Origin: Phoronis australis
Lineage: Eukaryota > Animalia > Phoronida
Assembly (NCBI GenBank): GCA_002633005.1
Contig: NMRA01000048.1
Coordinates: 987,397-1,044,838, forward strand
DNA: 57,442 nucleotides
Direction: 5' to 3'
Part shown: one piece after another, positions 52,936 through 57,442 of the stretch
Layout: each line of letters opens with the position of its first letter
Numbering within the stretch: the first letter of the stretch is position 1
Made by a program: the position numbers and the translations under genes
The notes under the pieces: generated by a model
The model's database searches: none
What the model was told of the DNA's origin: nothing
The model's input: the letters and a program-made list of their open reading frames with translations, nothing else

Positions 52936-54794
52936 AGAAATGAGCAGTAGTGAAGAATCACTCCGCTTTGGACGCTCTGAGCCAAATCCCATGTGTCAAA
53001 TGGTAGCGTATTTACATGGTAAAGACACCAGCAATTCAGCAAATATCTGGCAGACAATGACAAGAATTACCAATTTGTGTAATGAAATCACAAAAACACG
53101 TTGTATTTTGTTGTTTTGTATCACTGGTCAAAGCTAATGACTTCAAAAACTCCATCCCATCCAACAATAGACCAAAACATGCATTTTTCAGCTGTGAAAA
53201 CTTAATGCCTCTTTTAAGTACAGACCTCTGAACAACAAAACAACCAAGTAACAAAAATAAATTAGCACACATCTCTGACACTACAAATGCCAACATGACA
53301 GTAACAACTACAAAACATGTTCAATAAAGTTCATACTTGGACAAATGCTCCCAAAACTTGAAATCTGGGATGAAATGTCAACTACTCTGGCAAGTTTCTG
53401 TGCCTAAAGTTTTCGAATCATATTTTGAGATAGTGATGCAATCACAAACTGTGTGATACACGAACCCACACTAGCTGAACAAACCTTACAAAGGAAATAC
53501 AAGTGACACAAGCTGCATTAGACCCTCATGTAAATACCCACAATTCTCTGAATCACAAGTTTTAAAGCAACTAACTTATTTTGACAAAACTGAAATTTTC
53601 TCTTTCTAGTCAAAGGCTGATTACGTTGTTGCAAACAAAAGGAAGTTGCCAAATGTTGTTTCAGGTGCCAACATAATTTAAAACTAATCTTATGGCAGTG
53701 TAAAATTTTCTCAATCTTAATTTTGATGAGATATTTTACAAAAGAAATTCTAGTGTCCACCAACAGGTGAAGAACTACCATATGCAATGAATCTCTAACC
53801 CTGCACACATTTGACCATGAGCACTGCAAACAATACAAACAATTCAGCTTAGGTTCTAAATTTCAATTGAACTGAAATGCTTAAATTCATTGGGTCCTTC
53901 AAGAGATTTTAGTATGGTTGTAGTGCACATATAGACGCACAAAATATCAACAAAGAGATTTGAGTTTTCTTTTGAATGCAAATAATACGATCTAGTAAAC
54001 AATAAGACAACATTATTTATTTAAAAAATCTTGGGACCAACGCACACAGACACAGGAACACACAGAAACACATAGAAGTGGCAAAAACAAAACCTACTTC
54101 CATAAGTAACAGAGAGGTAACAAAGTGTAAGCTGCCACAGTAACTAATACATAATGACAGATGACACAGTATGACTCAGTGCAATGTTTGTCACCTGAGC
54201 AGAAAATTGCTCTTTATCCATCTACCTCAATGCTAGCCTGTGTTGAAAGCAACATAAAGGCATTTAGAAACACGCCCAATGTTTCATTTGTGACCTACAA
54301 ATATAAAACATCACCCAAAAATCCACCAAATGACATAACAGTACGCCTGTTGGAGCAAACAGAGAGATTCTACAGTCTAGGATTTGAAGATTACATGTAC
54401 TCAGTATCAACTCTCTGAATACATAAACCATTTCATAATATCTCAAAATGCAAACTTAAGTTATCAAATGCTAAACAGACTAATGCATTTAGTGCACTCA
54501 ATGTTAAGTTCGTCTCAAAAATCATGACCAATATTGAACAGGACTGTTTTGACCTTTTGAGCAAAACATATTAACACCTTTAGTGCAAGCGATTAATGAT
54601 TAACGAGATCACTGCAAACATAAAGCATTACAGGCAAAAAGTGCGAGAATTATACAAACAGAAACGGAAAAACAAACACTGCCTTTCAAACTTGGTATTC
54701 ACAGTATGAAATTTTTGGCATTAAACCCAAAGTCTATTGCGAAAATTTCTAAATAACACAAATACACAAAAAATTCAACATCAGGAAGCGAGAT

Positions 54795-55769
54795 CTAAAT
54801 GACATGCGAACCATAACTTTTGGCTGGATTCAGTTCCATGGATACCAGTGTTGTGTATGGCAACTCCCGACTTTTCGAACGGCGTCTGAACATAATCCAC
54901 ACGACGATGATTATAATGACCAATACGATGACAGTGATGACAACCGCTGCCACAGTACCAGTACTGGCACCAGATGTTGCCGAGGTTGGTCCTACAGAGG
55001 AAACCGGCACAGTTTGGGATGTCACTGGAGGTTTACTCGTAGTTGAACGAGGCATGGGCGTGACTGTTGGAGTGACAGACGAAGACATGATACTTTCAGT
55101 TGAGGAAGGAGAAATGGTCATTACAGTGGTCGAGTTAAGAACGTTTGTCTCCGTCGTTGTCAAATTAGTTGAAACATTGTAAGACGAAGATAGGAGCAAT
55201 GAGTTCGTACTGTTCATTTTTGATGCTGTAGACAAGACAGGTGTCATAAAAGATTTCGAAACAGTATGGTATGCAGATGAGGCTAACTGAACAGACGCAT
55301 TAATACTTGCTGATGATAGCACGTGAACTGTTGATGAAGGTACCAGACTCGGAGCCCCAGTGACTGATGTTGTTTCCATGGTTGCTTCACCTGTGCTAGA
55401 ACTGTTTCCAAATGCTGAAGAGGGAGGTGATGTTGAGCTGATATTGGTAGTTGTCGTAAGCATGCCGACTGAATTGCTGGAAGCCTTTAATGAGCTTCGG
55501 CTTCCGTTCACGGCCAGAGTCCCACTAACAGACACTGATGTTGGGTCAGGAACAAGTGAGGCTGTTGAGAAAGCAGACGGACTGGACACAGTGTGGATGG
55601 TAGAAAATGCTACACTGGAGGTGAGAATGTCTTCTGTGACATTGTAGGTAATACCACCCATCGCTTGGCTGTTGAGAAAGCTCGTGGACACATTCATGGA
55701 CAGACTTCCATCTGAGATACAGTACGAGAGACTTCCAAGGAAAATTGCAGCAAAACACCAGGTCTCCAT
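54795..55769 (-). CDS. Mucin-like single-pass type I membrane glycoprotein (324 aa, single coding exon)
   Basis: Signal-peptide-like N-terminus; Ser/Thr-rich ectodomain with about 10 N-x-S/T sequons; TM VAAVVITVIVLVIIIIVVWIMF; RRRSK stop-transfer; short cytoplasmic tail with LPYTTL. Confidence 0.88.
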   Translation of the reverse strand: METWCFAAIFLGSLSYCISDGSLSMNVSTSFLNSQAMGGITYNVTEDILTSSVAFSTIHTVSSPSAFSTASLVPDPTSVSVSGTLAVNGSRSSLKASSNSVGMLTTTTNISSTSPPSSAFGNSSSTGEATMETTSVTGAPSLVPSSTVHVLSSASINASVQLASSAYHTVSKSFMTPVLSTASKMNSTNSLLLSSSYNVSTNLTTTETNVLNSTTVMTISPSSTESIMSSSVTPTVTPMPRSTTSKPPVTSQTVPVSSVGPTSATSGASTGTVAAVVITVIVLVIIIIVVWIMFRRRSKSRELPYTTLVSMELNPAKSYGSHVI

Positions 55770-56877
55770 TATTCAGTTTGACTTCACAATAAACAAGCAA
55801 CTCTCCCAAAGAAATAGCACATAAAATCCAATAGTCAATGTTAACTTACAGGTTACACACACAGTCCGAGTTAGGCTTTAGATAGGCACATGTTCAACAT
55901 ATCTGTCTGTAACACAGCAGTCTGTCAGACATGAGCAAAACAGCATGGCCGACACCTCTGAGCTGAATAATGTCCTTGGTAAATACCTTGACACAGCTCC
56001 AAGTCACATGAACACACTACCTGCTATTGTGATCTATCTACAATGTGTACAATGGCTTAGCAGTACTGTAATCTGGCGAATAGTTGTCCAAAGCTATTAT
56101 CCCTATTCCCTGTACAGTAATTCTCTGTATGAGTGCTACCTGAGTACACAAACCAAAGGAACTGAGAGGGATCACAGAAATATTATTGATTATCAAAGAT
56201 TAAGGACAGGGATTACTCATTCATTCTGCTAATTGTGTGAGGTGTGGAGAATGTACGAAAGCAATGTAGCCATGAACAACATGGCCTCGACCAATCAGGG
56301 GAAAGGCCCCACTTTGCCTATATATGCACCTTGACATGTTACTTTTTTAACAAAAAACAATGTTTACGGCCATACAACCAAATATGAACAATTGAATTGA
56401 TATAAATATTCAAAATGAAATCTCCAAAAACATTACAGCTGCTTAACTTATCCTTTCATTTTCTATCGTTTATATGATTTTCATAAATCTGTTATGTCCC
56501 ATTCCTGGTACCCCCTCATGCCTAAGTGGAACATTCTAAAAACAATTCGTCACATTATTTCTAAGAACAGTTTATCATTTACATTAACAGAAAGTTTTAT
56601 TTGAATCTGAACTGAGATACTATGTTCCAAGAACAGTTTAATTTGGACATTTTAGTCTAGGGATCTCCCTCAAACTCTAATACCTTTTCAACGAACAGAT
56701 AACAAAGGCACAAATGAAAAAGATACCTGTATTTTTGAATAACAGCATGATTATAGCTTGACGATTTTCACCTGGAACACATCGATCATTTTGCTCATTC
56801 TAATGTAATGTATCAAAAATCTAATCAAAACAAGTGACTTTCTGCAGCATGTGTTCCTAGAAACACACACATACTTC

Positions 56878-57442
56878 GAACAAGATTTGAGATTATAAAG
56901 GACCTTATGAACAAGATTTGAGATTATATAGGACCTTATGAACAAGATTTGAGATTATAGAGGACCTTATGAACAAGATTTGAGATTATATAGGACCTTA
57001 TGAACAAGATTTGAGATTATATAGGACCTTATGAACAAGATTTGAGATTATATAGGACCTTATGAACAAGATTTGAGATTATATAGGACCTTATGAACAA
57101 GATTTGAGATTATATAGGACCTTATGAACAAGATTTGAGATTATATAGGACCTTATGAACAAGATTTGAGATTATATAGGACCTTATGAACAAGATTTGA
57201 GATTATATAGGACCTTATGAACAAGATTTGAGATTATATAGGACCTTATGAACAAGATTTGAGATTATATAGGACCTTATGAACAAGATTTGAGATTATA
57301 TAGGACCTTATGAACAAGATTTGAGATTATATAGGACCTTATGAACAAGATTTGAGATTATATAGGACCTTATGAACAAGATTTGAGATTATATAGGACC
57401 TTATGAACAAGATTTGAGATTATATAGGACCTTATGAACAAG
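56878..57442. repeat. 31-bp tandem array, at least 18 copies, running off the window
   Basis: GAACAAGATTTGAGATTATATAGGACCTTAT. Confidence 0.98.

Noticed and set aside
54804-55647. Plus-strand ORFs overlapping the mucin-like gene
   Set aside because: Antisense shadows of a Ser/Thr/Val-biased coding sequence.
56289-56330. CCAAT/TATA/kB-like promoter for the mucin-like gene
   Set aside because: The motif order suits the + strand rather than the minus-strand gene, and GGGGAAAGGCCCC does not fit the kB consensus.
56878-57442. 31-bp array as CRISPR or telomere
   Set aside because: No spacers and no telomeric motif.

Overview
AT-rich, intron-containing animal genomic DNA, most likely an invertebrate; the Helentron-type repeats resemble those described in molluscs, but this is inference. 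Three protein-coding genes lie on the minus strand. (1) A divergent PP1-like Ser/Thr phosphatase has 7 phase-compatible GT-AG coding exons at 12964-527 and runs off the left edge. It has RFX X-box motifs near its start. (2) The last 8 exons of a TDRD7/Tapas-like Tudor protein lie at 37281-28892; I could not find its 5' exons. (3) An intronless 324-aa mucin-like type I membrane protein lies at 55769-54795. The rest is mobile and repetitive DNA: at least 6 co-oriented Helentron-associated (HINE/DINE-1-like) elements, a dead pogo transposon nested in one of them, a Kolobok deletion derivative with about 315-bp TIRs, hAT-like MITEs, a 3' LINE fragment, a tRNA-derived SINE that duplicated a splice donor, and many tandem arrays including a 2.4-kb perfect 44-bp array. 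There is no CRISPR array or prokaryotic system. Everything was read by eye with no database searches. I found no clearly new biological system; the best lead is the X-box-associated PP1 paralog with an atypical intron set.
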